A stretch of DNA of 64,000 bases, from IMG/VR virus record IMGVR_UViG_3300005265_000003, one strand, 5' to 3'. Position numbers and translations under genes: made by a program. The notes under the pieces are model-generated. The model worked only from the letters and a program-made list of their open reading frames with translations. It made no database searches and was not told where the DNA came from. Below, one piece after another: positions 36,861 through 47,569 of the stretch. The stretch is from an uncultured virus (IMG/VR IMGVR_UViG_3300005265_000003) (taxonomy: Duplodnaviria; Heunggongvirae; Uroviricota; Caudoviricetes). Position 1 is the stretch's first letter. The number at the start of each line of letters is the position of its first letter.

Positions 36861-39800
36861 TATAGGATGGAGAGAGTGACAAACTTCTTGACTACCGCCA
36901 ATTCTTTCTTCAATCGTTTTTTTAGCTGTTCAAAAGATTCCAGTCGCTTATGCATTATCCTCATGCAGTTGCTAAGTAGGCTATTGTATAATGGGAATAA
37001 GTCAAGATAGAAATATGCATGAAAAACTAATTGTGGATTGACACCGATTATCGCTGACGGGCTATGAATTTGATGTCCAGCTGGATATAATCCAGTGGTG
37101 ACAACTGAATAACGCCAAGGCGATACATAACAAACCAAAGACATTGTGCTACCGCATTTTTCATCGAATTCCTCCCAAGAATATACATGCCTTACTCGGA
37201 ATGGAGCTGAACTCAGGACTATATCTTCGAGTAAATCACTCCTTGCTATCTCACTCAGAATACGGAGTGATGCCTCAGCCAATTCTTTACATTTAGCAGA
37301 ATCTAATAAAACCTTTCGATTGGATGCAAGTTTTCTTATCGTATCTATTGTTGGATTTGTGACAGAATGGTAATACATGCTTCCGATATTCTTCCAACCA
37401 ATAAAGCGTCTACTTACTTTCCAAGCTATGTCTCCAACAGTAAAGCGTTTTGGTGAGGAAGGCATAGAGAGCTTTAGAGCATCCACACACATCTTTATAA
37501 GCTTATCTAATTCGGTATGTAGTCGTCTGTTTAAAGCTATGAGCTTATCTCTGTTCTCTACTGCTAATTGCCTATCTTCATTCTCCTTCACTTCCTTATA
37601 TCTAAATGGCTCTACCATCATATCCGCCTCAGCATATAATATTTAAAGAAGCGTTCTAATGCCTCCAGCGGTCGGTCGCCTAAGTCTATAATAATTTCTT
37701 CTCTGCCTCCGAGCTCGTCCATTGCTTCAATCGGATAAATATCTGGTACGCTAATTTTATCGCATACTTTTTGAGCAACATAGCCTAATGCTTCACACAC
37801 TTCTATCGGCGTATCTGATGGGATTCCTATAGCTGGCATTTTAGTATGAATGCGGATGCGTAATTTGATGCCCTTGATTTTATCTATATCAGGCATTGGT
37901 GCTTTGGATACTCCTACTGAATATGCAATTAGTTGAGGAAGCCATTTGTTTGGAAGGCAGGCCATTTAATCACCAATCAGCATTTCCAAGAACGACGTTC
38001 TTATCCAATTTAGGAACACACCATTCTTGATATCCTCAAGTGTAAATGTCCTTTCTTTTATTATATGGTAGTCGTCGAATATAATAGTCCCTTTCATCAG
38101 AGAGTTCGGTGTGGCACATAATAGATATACTCCAATGTTCTGCTTTTCTGCTGCCAGATAAAAAAAGCCCTGCTTAAAATCGATTATTAAATCTTCACAG
38201 CCAAATTCTCGCTTTAGTTTCTTGGCTAAACTTTTGAATAGCCATTTAATATATATTGCTTTTAACTTTTCCATCTTGTATCACTTCCAGAATCTTATCT
38301 TTCATTCGCCTATATTTGCCCCATGATAAAATCTGAACATTCTCAGCTCCATAGACTTCTATGAAGTCCTCTAAATACCTTGGTCTTCTCCTTCCACAAT
38401 CATCTACCCATTTTGACAATTTGCTGTCACCTCTTAGTCCAATGTCATAATAATATCGTGTCCTTCCGTATTCATTGACCTTAATTTTCAGCCTCAAATT
38501 AGAATTTTCCATGACCATCACAACTCACCTAAGAGCATTATCAGTTCCACATCTGTATATTTCCGTTCTACCAAGCCTATTTCTGCAAGTGATTCAAGTA
38601 GCTCACATATTGCATTTATTGGACCACAAAATGGTGAGAAGAAGCCATCCTTTGATAGATAAATCTTGTAGTAGGAGTATGTGCGTATTCGGTTGCCTGC
38701 ATAGTAAGAGCCGTTTACTGCAACCTTCACCCAGAAGACTGGAGATTTCCTGAGTCTTTTGATGACCTCATCGACTCTATTATCTCCAACTGTAAAGAAC
38801 ACTCCATAGCCATTGTCCCGCTTAATCAGCCATAGTGGTCTGTCCAAGAATTTGCCAATCAATCTTCTAAACATGATTTCAGCTTCCTCCATTTAAGCTT
38901 TTTTTTCAGCGACTCATACGGAATAATTTTTATAGCGAATTCTTTAAGATGAAAACAATGATTGCCAAGTAACACTGGCACATTAAATTTTACTGATTTA
39001 TGTAAAAGGTCGTAAATTGAAAAACCAATCATATTTGGGTGGATGAATAGATACCTCCTTTCAAGATCATAACGAGAATGGAAAGCAATACCTAAAGGTT
39101 TAGCTTGAAAGAAACGCACGCCAACATATAAGTCACTCAGGTCATTATAATCTTTAGGATGCAGTCGAATATTAAGTGAATTTTCATCTAACCGAGTTAA
39201 TGTGAATGGCACTCTGTATCGGCGACGATCAAATCGAATAACAACTTCACCGTCTGGATTCATTTCAACACCTCACCAACTATCAAGCTCTTAAACACCT
39301 TCAAATACTGCCTCAAAGAATCGAAAATTCTATTGTCGAATGGCAGAGTGATTAGAAGCGAAATCGTCTTTTCCTCATCTATTGCTCTTCTAAAAGTGGC
39401 ATGCAGTCTATGATGGTTGGCTACAAGAGCATGTTCTACTCTTAATTCAACGTAGATATCGCCATCTAAATGACCAGTGAGTGTATAGCATCCTTGAGTG
39501 CAACCGATATGATGCACGGATGCAAAGTCAAATTCTTTGATTAGCCTTGCAAACACCGTATCTACATCACTATCCTGATATGTCTTAATGTTTTCTGAAG
39601 ATGACATTGCTATCACCATCCCAACATTTATATCCACATCCTCTACAATTCTTTTCAGGATAGGGACAGACTCGTCCAGTTGGTCTTATCGTTCTGTATT
39701 TCAGTCCTTTGCCTATCACGAATGCAAGCCTCATATTCTTGGGTATTATCTTTGTATCTGGCATGACTGAATAGTAGATGACGAGATTATCTGGGTGTTT

Positions 39801-41276
39801 TGAGAAGTCAATCTGGTAAGACTTCGTGAATGCCAAGAATTTTATATTCGGAAATGCTTCGGCTATCTTGCACCACTTATCGAAATACTCTTGCGAATAG
39901 AAATCACCAGACTCGTGGATTCTGAATTTATCAAATGGCTTCTTCTCTAATCGCTCTTGAATCAGCTTTATCATCGCTTTCGGAAAGTCTTTACTCTTCG
40001 AATGAACATAGTTCTCCATTCTTCTTTGCCTTACCGCTTGCCATCTCCACGCTTTATTTGAATAGCATATCTTCTTGCATAATTCTGTTGCTCCGATACA
40101 TGTTAGCTTTGGCGGTAATGACCATACTGGCACATCCATCTTTCGGTTTCCATTCCATTGAACATACATCTCACACACCCAGCTCCAATCTTAAGCCGTT
40201 TACCACATCTTTGGGAGATGAGAATGATGGAACGAATTCAGCTTTGAAATATTTACTCTTAGCTTTAAATGACCATAAGTCCTTTAAATCTTCTTCGAGC
40301 TTATCCCAATCGGGTGTGCAAACTTCAGTAATAATCCATTTGTTATAATATCGCCTTTGATGGTCAAACATTTCAACTGGGAATACAGGAAGATTAGAAA
40401 TAAGGAGACCGATTTCACGCAAACACTTATAATAATCCGTAAAAAAGGCTCTTATAACGTAAGTGTCAGCCCATTTTCTGACTTCAAGCCAAACAGGGAT
40501 ATCATGTTGATAGTCCATCTTAATATCCAGTATTCGGAATTTGCCTAACAACATCCGCATTTATTCACTCTCCATCTCTATTGATAGTAGGAAGCCAGCC
40601 AGTTTCTCTTTTAATCCTGTCACGTCTATCAGTTGCTTGTATGCATCGACGACAGCATCTAACAGCCTGTGAAATTCTTCAATACGTTCCCAGTATGTTC
40701 CTAATTTGGTTAATCTCGGATTAGAATGATAGAATATCGTAAGCGGGTATCTAATAACTCGCCTCCATCCACTTAATGGGATTAAATCGTTGTCTATGAG
40801 GACATAAGTCTTTACCCAAAATGTGTTAGAGAATGGACTTTTCGAGGCATGTATCTGAAAATACCGAACCTTGCCTTTCTTGTCCTTCACTCTGAATCGA
40901 GCATAAATTTTAACTTCTTTACCGACGTTTCTTGGAATCTCGACTATCTTCATAGTTTCCTCACCTTAAAATCGAGATACGCATGTTGGATAAGTTTTAT
41001 GGCTTCATCTTCAGTCATAGCAAATAGCGAATACTCATCCTCTATATAAATGCTGTCTCTGTCCTTCACAGTCCGAATGATTATTGCATAGCCTCTCGCA
41101 TCTTCACCCATATCAATCTTAGTGATGGTAATTAAATAATAGTAGGAGAGGTCGTAGTCTCCTGATTCTTCGTCATACTGTGCAAATTTGAATGTTATGC
41201 AGTTTGGTCTTGGACTGGAGATGTCAGTGAGGTGCTTTAACTCCCTAATATAATCGAGGATTTTCTGCATATTCAC
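36860..41276 (-). other. Array of about 11 tightly packed small minus-strand ORFs, mostly hypothetical (probable early/host-interaction genes)
   Basis: Overlapping stop/start codons and GGTGA-type RBSs; apart from the GP88-like gene listed separately, no family was recognised. Confidence 0.6.
39585..40178 (-). CDS. GP88-like phage protein (radical-SAM-related fold)
   Basis: GNRKM, TCIGATELCKKICY, FRIHESGDF, AFTKS and C-terminal CP..CxxCxxC. Confidence 0.75.
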   Translation of the reverse strand: MCEMYVQWNGNRKMDVPVWSLPPKLTCIGATELCKKICYSNKAWRWQAVRQRRMENYVHSKSKDFPKAMIKLIQERLEKKPFDKFRIHESGDFYSQEYFDKWCKIAEAFPNIKFLAFTKSYQIDFSKHPDNLVIYYSVMPDTKIIPKNMRLAFVIGKGLKYRTIRPTGRVCPYPEKNCRGCGYKCWDGDSNVIFRKH

Positions 41277-42400
41277 AGATACTGGATTATCTTATTCGCC
41301 CATTCATTATATTCTGGCACTTTCATCAATGCATTGAACAATATCTTTGGACTCTGCCTGCGTATTTCTCTAAGCGTGATAATCTGGAATTCTGCCTCTG
41401 GGAATTCTTTGATAATCTTAAACAACTTAGCGAATGTCTTCATATCTTTACGGGAGTTTCTCCAGTAGTCTGCTATTAGCGATACAATAGCGTATTTCAT
41501 ATCGACCTCTTCTATTTGCCTCAACTTTTCTGGATGCTCCAGTAGGTCTTTGAAATCAATCTGTCTTCTCAATTTGATAAATGATACGAACTCAAGAGCG
41601 ACTCCAGTCCCTACTGCTATTGCTGTCAATTTCTCAAGTGTATTGAGGTCTTCATCAGGCACATCCTTAATTAGCCTTGCCCAGAACTCTACGGTTCTCG
41701 GTGTCGGGAATGCCTCATCATTACTCTCCTCATCCATCTTAAATAGATGTGATGGTCTGCTGTTTAAGTAAGTGATGACTCTCATATCAAGATTATGTTC
41801 TTGTGCCCATTTAGTCCACTCCTCTACTGATGGAACTCTCAGGGTGCAGTGAAGGAATCTATTTTGAAGTGGCTTAGGCATATCAAACACATTAGCCTTA
41901 TCTTCAAGTCTATTGCCTGCTGACACAATCAGAACATCTTTTGCGATTGGCGTATCGGATATGCACCTGTCCAAGATAATCTGATATGCTGATGCCTGTA
42001 TTGATGGCGGTGCAAGATTCAATTCATCAAAGAAGATTATACCTGCAATATTAGGTCTGCTGAAGAGATATACCCAGTCATTTATCCGCCATTCCACGGT
42101 CTCTTGTCCATTTAATGCTGGCAGTCCTCTAAGGTCAGATGGGTCGTATTGACTGAGCCTGATATCATATAGAACGAAATACTTTTCGGGGTTTGCTTCT
42201 ATCTCCTTGCGTTTAGCTTTATCTATCTTGTTAAGCTCCACAAACTCCCTTCCAAGCTCTTTCGCTATTTCTTTGGCGACATCCCTAACCATATAGGACT
42301 TACCAATTCCTGGTGCTCCCCAAATAAACAAGGGCAGTTTGGCTTTCCATACCACCTTCAAAATCTGCTTTAGCTCCTCATGATTTACCTCCAATTTCAC
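41273..42400 (-). CDS. MoxR-like AAA+ ATPase
   Basis: WGAPGIGKS, DLRGLP, FFDELN, AGNR, NRF and PTPRT. Confidence 0.9.
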   Translation of the reverse strand: MKLEVNHEELKQILKVVWKAKLPLFIWGAPGIGKSYMVRDVAKEIAKELGREFVELNKIDKAKRKEIEANPEKYFVLYDIRLSQYDPSDLRGLPALNGQETVEWRINDWVYLFSRPNIAGIIFFDELNLAPPSIQASAYQIILDRCISDTPIAKDVLIVSAGNRLEDKANVFDMPKPLQNRFLHCTLRVPSVEEWTKWAQEHNLDMRVITYLNSRPSHLFKMDEESNDEAFPTPRTVEFWARLIKDVPDEDLNTLEKLTAIAVGTGVALEFVSFIKLRRQIDFKDLLEHPEKLRQIEEVDMKYAIVSLIADYWRNSRKDMKTFAKLFKIIKEFPEAEFQIITLREIRRQSPKILFNALMKVPEYNEWANKIIQYL

Positions 42401-42618
42401 GCTCTCACCTCCTTCGGATGGCTATTCCAGACATATAGCCTTCATAATCCCAACTCTCAAATTCTATAAAGCTCCCATCGGTAAATTCTATTCTTAACAC
42501 AGCCTTCTCTACTCCGAAATGGTCTTCAACTTTCTTCAATTTAATTTTCTTGACCGTCTTCCCAACACAATCCTCTAAATCCTCTATTCGCTCCAAACTA
42601 CCACCTTTTTATCATATT

Positions 42619-42750
42619 GCTAACTAATAGCATTCGTATACGGCTCATATTTGCCCGTAGAGACGATTTTCGACTTACGAATATAATATGTCTCGATGGC
42701 ATCAAAACTCGCCTCAGAAGCCATTTCTGTGGCTCTCAGAGCAAATTTTA
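42619..42750. repeat. Dispersed ~120-bp quasi-palindromic intergenic element, copy B
   Basis: Shares the GCTAACWAWTAGCATTCGTA flank with copy A; arm GCCCGTAGAGACGATTTT; core CTTACGAAT..GTCTCG. Confidence 0.75.
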
Positions 42751-42758
42751 GCAAGGGT

Positions 42759-43979
42759 TCAACCCCTCTTTGAATAGTTTATGACTGTCCCAAATGGTGG
42801 CTTCTTTGTATTTGATGCATCGAAGTTAATCCAGATTGTCGGCTTATTGAATTTATCTGGAAAGACAGTCCATAAGTCCGTGAATGCGATGACTACTGAG
42901 GCATCCTGACAATTCTTTTCGATGTATTTGAATACAGGTCTATGGTCTGTTCCACCGCCACCTTTTGGCCTCGATTTCAGGATGTCGTGGACAGAAGGAC
43001 AGTGATAGGTCTCTACTCTTTGAACATCCGCATCTGAATATATGACTGTCATTTTCGAATTCCTGACAGAGCGGACTATCCCAACTACTTCTGATAATGC
43101 ATCTTCCAGTTCCTCAGGACGAATGCTTCCTGACGTGTCAATACTGACGACTATATTGATGCCTTCACGTTTAATGAAAGGTAAGTAAGTTTTAAGCGAA
43201 TAAGATTTCTTATGCGGTCTTGCATATGTGTAGTCAATCGGCAGGTATTTTATCAGGAATTTGTAAAGCAGTTGTCTCCACGGTATTCTTGAGGCATATA
43301 TCTTATCGATGAGTCTATCGAGACCTGCTGGCATTTTGCCTCTTTGCCTTGCATACTCAAGTGCTTCCTTCACTCTCTTTGCCCAGATTTCCGCTTGCTG
43401 TTTCATTTTCTGACTTGTGTTTCCATTATCGTCTTTCGGTGCAGTAGCGTGTTCATCTAAAGGACGAGCATTATTACTGAGTTTCCATCCTGTTCCATTA
43501 TGCTTTTTGTAAAGAGCGTAGAGGATGTCATAAATCTCATCGGATGTCTTTTTACTACAATCTGGTATTTCGACGGTCTTATAGCCGTTTTCAGTAACTA
43601 TTGCACACCTGAAGACGTCATTATAATCTGGCACAATAGCACCCCTCGGAAGTTTGAAGCCAGACTTTTGTAGGATGGCATTATTGACAGCATCATCGGT
43701 AATATTTCTTAGTTTTGGCTCTTTGCCCTTGCTTCTCTGAATATGCTCTAATGCTAAATGCATGACCTCATGGGCTATTACTGCCTCTTTTTCGGCATCA
43801 TCTAATTCGCTGAAAAATTTCGGATTTACTTTGAGTGTCCCATCAAGTTGGACACAAGCGGTCTCTATTTTATTCGTGATGACTGGCTTAAGATACATCG
43901 CCAAATAGCCGAAGAATGGGTATTTTCTTGACAGAGAAATTCTGGTCTTCGTTATCTGCTCTTTTGGGCTGAGGCTCAT
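42759..43979 (-). CDS. DUF2201-type metallopeptidase-like plus VWA domain protein (MoxR partner)
   Basis: AHEVMH (HExxH); IDTSGSI (MIDAS); GGGGTD; FTD; adjacent to the MoxR ATPase. Confidence 0.88.
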   Translation of the reverse strand: MSLSPKEQITKTRISLSRKYPFFGYLAMYLKPVITNKIETACVQLDGTLKVNPKFFSELDDAEKEAVIAHEVMHLALEHIQRSKGKEPKLRNITDDAVNNAILQKSGFKLPRGAIVPDYNDVFRCAIVTENGYKTVEIPDCSKKTSDEIYDILYALYKKHNGTGWKLSNNARPLDEHATAPKDDNGNTSQKMKQQAEIWAKRVKEALEYARQRGKMPAGLDRLIDKIYASRIPWRQLLYKFLIKYLPIDYTYARPHKKSYSLKTYLPFIKREGINIVVSIDTSGSIRPEELEDALSEVVGIVRSVRNSKMTVIYSDADVQRVETYHCPSVHDILKSRPKGGGGTDHRPVFKYIEKNCQDASVVIAFTDLWTVFPDKFNKPTIWINFDASNTKKPPFGTVINYSKRG

Positions 43980-44722
43980 ATATTTCCCTCTTTAAATTTC
44001 CACATCACATTTATTTGCTGGATTATATGCTTCCACTTTTCGTAAAACTTCTCAAGAGACTCATTACGCCTCTTGACCTCTTTCTCTGCTCTTTCAAGAA
44101 CATCAATAGCGACATCATAAATCGGGTAAAGGAAAAGATTATCGATGTAACTCTCAAAATTGACTTGGCTGTAACAATAGGCTGAATCTCTATCAAAAAA
44201 GACGTAAACATATGGGGGATTGATAATCACCTGAAATTCTTTTCTTACTGGCTCTTTTGAAAAGCGATGAGACTCTTGGAAAATATCAGACCTGATGAAT
44301 GCCATTTTCTCAAAGTATTTAGCATTAGCATACTCCTCTATCATATTCATAATTTGTTCTACGAATTCTCTTTGGGATTGCTTGGCTTTCTCTATTATTT
44401 CCCATTTCGCTTGCACAAGTTTTTCAATATCGCTTCTTTCATTAAACGAAAATGAACGGTAATGCCCGTGTTCATACCACTGTCTAAATACGCCTTGAGA
44501 ACACAAAACAAGATAGCCATAATGCGGGAAATGGATTTTCGTGGGTGTTACTCGGAAACACAGAGCAAGTCCCTTTTGAAATAGGCTATCTAATTCCCCG
44601 ATTTTATTACTTATATTTTCTGCGACCTTTCGAATTTCCTCTAATAGTGAGATGATTTTCTCTCGTTCTTTGCTATTTTTAATTTCATTATATAGAGGCA
44701 AATGGGCAAACATATTATCCAC
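43976..44722 (-). CDS. Hypothetical helical protein
   Basis: 248-aa ORF overlapping its neighbours. Confidence 0.55.
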   Translation of the reverse strand: MDNMFAHLPLYNEIKNSKEREKIISLLEEIRKVAENISNKIGELDSLFQKGLALCFRVTPTKIHFPHYGYLVLCSQGVFRQWYEHGHYRSFSFNERSDIEKLVQAKWEIIEKAKQSQREFVEQIMNMIEEYANAKYFEKMAFIRSDIFQESHRFSKEPVRKEFQVIINPPYVYVFFDRDSAYCYSQVNFESYIDNLFLYPIYDVAIDVLERAEKEVKRRNESLEKFYEKWKHIIQQINVMWKFKEGNI

Positions 44723-44877
44723 CTTGCAGTTCTATTTGACCATATTTGCATCTTCCTTTCATCTTCAATAAAAGACAGTAGTTGCTGATTTTGTCGTAGA
44801 AATCGCAGTATTTACACATTCTGCTATCTATTTTCGATTGACCACTTACCAGATAGACTACCGTCTTTACCACCTCC

Positions 44878-44940
44878 CTCTTCCTATTTATGGGAGCGTG
44901 CCTATTAGAAAGGCACAACTCCCAATCTAAATATGAAGAG
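44878..44940 (-). repeat. Conserved leader hairpin, copy 1, directly 5' of a GGAGGTG RBS
   Basis: CUCUUC..UUUA-GAU-UGGGAGU..GCUCCCA-UAAAUAG-GAAGAG; near-duplicate at 45711-45780. Confidence 0.65.
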
Positions 44941-45389
44941 GCTTAAGAGAGGAGATACAGGATTCCTGATATCAATATTAGAATAAGACCGACGACTCTC
45001 AGTGCGGTTTTGATATGTTTGACGAACATAGATGCTATTAAATAGCCGAGACCCCACCCGAATAATACGAGTATGTAATTCATTTGCTCACGACCTAAAC
45101 CAGAGAGAGGTTTTTTAGAATTTATAGCCACAGACCCAGCATTCCTTTTCACGATGCCAATTCAGTATTCCACAATCTGGGCAGAGTTTATACCGCTCTC
45201 TCATTTCTTCACCTACGTGGCTGAAACGATAACTATCTTCTTTCTATTCGGTATTTCGATTTCTGCTTTTGATAAATAAGAGATTTCTACGAGGATTCTG
45301 TCTTCATATTCGGTAATCTTCCTACCTTTAATATGGATGTCCCCGACCACTATTTCTTCCATATTCTCGCCTTTCGAAATATAGAAAGA

Positions 45390-45701
45390 TTAGAATTTGA
45401 AGAGTTTCTTTGCGATGTCTTCAGGAACAGCGACTGCCTTTGCGATTACTGAGCGGTCTTTGAGTTCAATTCTCTTCCTGAGAACATAGAGAACCGTATT
45501 TTCTGCTCCTCTTTTTGCGATAGTCTTTACGAGTTCGATTATGGTCTTATTTCCTGTTCTAAAGGCTTTCAAGACCTGCGGTTCTTCAAATACCGCTCTC
45601 GGCTTTGCTCTCGAAGATATCGGTATCAAGCCCTCTGTCGTCATCACATATCTTCTTCCATTTTCCTCAACAATTTCTCCCAACTTATACGCCATTTCCA
45701 C
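45390..45701 (-). CDS. Hypothetical early protein
   Basis: 103-aa ORF preceded by a GGAGGTGAT RBS and hairpin copy 2. Confidence 0.6.
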   Translation of the reverse strand: MEMAYKLGEIVEENGRRYVMTTEGLIPISSRAKPRAVFEEPQVLKAFRTGNKTIIELVKTIAKRGAENTVLYVLRKRIELKDRSVIAKAVAVPEDIAKKLFKF

Positions 45702-45710
45702 ATCACCTCC

Positions 45711-45780
45711 CTCTTCCTATTTTTAGGGGAGCATTCCTCTTATCATCGGAAATACTCCCCGTCTAAAAAATAAAGAAGAG
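45711..45780 (-). repeat. Conserved leader hairpin, copy 2, directly 5' of a GGAGGTG RBS
   Basis: CUCUUC..UUUA-GAC-GGGGAGU..GCUCCCC-UAAAAAUAG-GAAGAG. Confidence 0.65.
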
Positions 45781-45865
45781 GAGAGAAGTCGAGTATACTG
45801 TTCAATTTGACGTTTGTATTCTGATTTGCTGTTTTTTTTTTTCATTTGGATATTAGGATGTCAGT

Positions 45866-46030
45866 TAGCCCTTCCCTCTCTTTCGGGCATATTGCGTATG
45901 AAGAGAGGCAAGCAGTCTTAAAGAAGACTACTTGGGACAACCAAAGCGAATATTGTTTTCTGTTTCTCTTTATCTATCCTTTTAGTGTTTTCTGTTGTTT
46001 CTGTTATCTTTTGCTTTGGCTGTCCGTAAG
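45866..46030 (-). ncRNA. Candidate structured non-coding RNA or long 5' leader
   Basis: Three abutting stems (46025-46013/45947-45935; 45934-45924/45919-45909; 45908-45901/45882-45875). The single mismatches in the first two are G-U only on the minus strand. Starts just downstream of a BRE-TATA promoter. Confidence 0.55.
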
Positions 46031-46052
46031 GATACTGTGCCTTACCGAAACC

Positions 46053-46111
46053 TTTATAAACCTTTCGATTGCCATAAGGAGAGAGCCATTTGCTGGTATA
46101 TAAACCTTTCG
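46053..46111 (-). promoter_or_regulatory. Two tandem archaeal BRE-TATA promoters
   Basis: Minus strand CGAAAGGTTTATAAA (46067-46053) and CGAAAGGTTTATATA (46111-46097). Confidence 0.8.
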
Positions 46112-46181
46112 ACAGGTAACGCCAAAATAAGATATTTCTCTTCACTCTAAAATATAAAAGAAGGAGATGAGAGAGGAGATT

Positions 46182-46853
46182 TTACCATTCCTCTTGGTCG
46201 GTGTATTCGTCTATCTTTACCTTCTTTTGTTCTTCCAGTTCTTTGAGATATTGGTCTGCTGTTTTCTTTGTAGTCAGAAGACGGTGGGTGTCTCTTACGA
46301 GTTTTATCGGTATTGTCAGGTCAAACTCTTCCTGTAAATACTGTATCATCCGATTTATCCATGTCTTTGACACTTTTGGGACGCCATATTTATCGAAGAC
46401 CTTTGGACTCTTGTTTTCAATGGCTTTTCTGATTTCGATGAGTATTCCTATTAAGTCTTTGCCAGTTACCCGTTTTATGCTGTAGTATATTTCGGCGTAT
46501 GACAGCCCTTTTATCTTTGCGTAATACTGGATGACTCTCGATACGAAGTAGTTATCGGGAATATACTTGCCCTCTGGCGTCTTTAGGACTGACCAATATG
46601 TTCGAGTGTATTTCTCTTTGCCGTTAGATACTTCGATATCTTGACTTATTCTTTTTTCTGGTGCACCGAAAGAGTAGATTTTACTGACCTCACCAATATC
46701 TATGTAAGACGCTGACGTTATGCCACCAATTTTGAACACTGTTTTTCCATTTGCCTTGACTCTTTGGTATTCCCTCACGATTTTCGCTTGGTTGTAGTTC
46801 TTTTCGTCTGGCATAGGGTATATTTGACGAATATCGCCAATCATGATATCCAC
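46182..46853 (-). CDS. Hypothetical early protein
   Basis: 223-aa ORF followed by a pyrimidine-rich tract. Confidence 0.6.
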   Translation of the reverse strand: MDIMIGDIRQIYPMPDEKNYNQAKIVREYQRVKANGKTVFKIGGITSASYIDIGEVSKIYSFGAPEKRISQDIEVSNGKEKYTRTYWSVLKTPEGKYIPDNYFVSRVIQYYAKIKGLSYAEIYYSIKRVTGKDLIGILIEIRKAIENKSPKVFDKYGVPKVSKTWINRMIQYLQEEFDLTIPIKLVRDTHRLLTTKKTADQYLKELEEQKKVKIDEYTDQEEW

Positions 46854-47020
46854 CCTACTCTATCGAAACAGTATTCTTTTTTATATTCTTCCCAAAACTC
46901 CTCGAATTCGCTTTTCTTTATGCGAATAGTAGACCACCTCCTTTTACTCCTGCTGTCTTCTCTTCGAGGTTGATTATTTGCTGTATTATTGTTGTTGTCT
47001 TTGCTATTCTTTCTATCATT

Positions 47021-47320
47021 TTAGATATTTCTGTCTTCATCTGCCTCACCTCGAAGGTATGCTTTGATTTCCTTAATGATTTCTTTGATGTTTCCTTCTT
47101 CGATTCTCTTCTCATACTCTTCTTCGGGTGTCATGCCATATTGTTCGAATTTTGCAATCATTTGTCTTCCTCTTTTAAAGACCCAAACTCTGCGTCTTGC
47201 CATCGTTCCATCTTCGCCCAAATATACCCAGTCCATCCACTCTGTTGGCTTTTCTAAGTATGCTGTTCTTCCATAGCCTCTTCTTATTTCTTCAATTATT
47301 TTTTCTTCTTTTCTTTTCAT
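47021..47320 (-). CDS. Hypothetical early protein (first gene after the 47355 promoter)
   Basis: GGTGAT RBS; 99 aa; highly charged. Confidence 0.6.
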   Translation of the reverse strand: MKRKEEKIIEEIRRGYGRTAYLEKPTEWMDWVYLGEDGTMARRRVWVFKRGRQMIAKFEQYGMTPEEEYEKRIEEGNIKEIIKEIKAYLRGEADEDRNI

Positions 47321-47354
47321 ATCGCATCACCACTTAAGGTGTAGCACGAACTGG

Positions 47355-47369
47355 TTTATAAACCTTTCG
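47355..47369 (-). promoter_or_regulatory. Archaeal BRE-TATA promoter
   Basis: Minus strand CGAAAGGTTTATAAA, identical to 46053-46067, about 35 nt upstream of the ATG at 47320. Confidence 0.85.
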
Positions 47370-47569
47370 TCAAGGAGTGTATTTGGGCGAATATCTAATC
47401 TTGCGTGCGAAGACAGAATATTCTATTCCGTTATTCCGTGCACAAATAGAAAGAAACGGTCTTATAAATCAGTTTCGGTTTATTTGACTCTTCCTGTGAA
47501 AATCTAAACTTCGCTCTATGCCCAAATATGGGCTTTCTATGGCTATTTCTGAAAAGGGTTGCAACCCTG

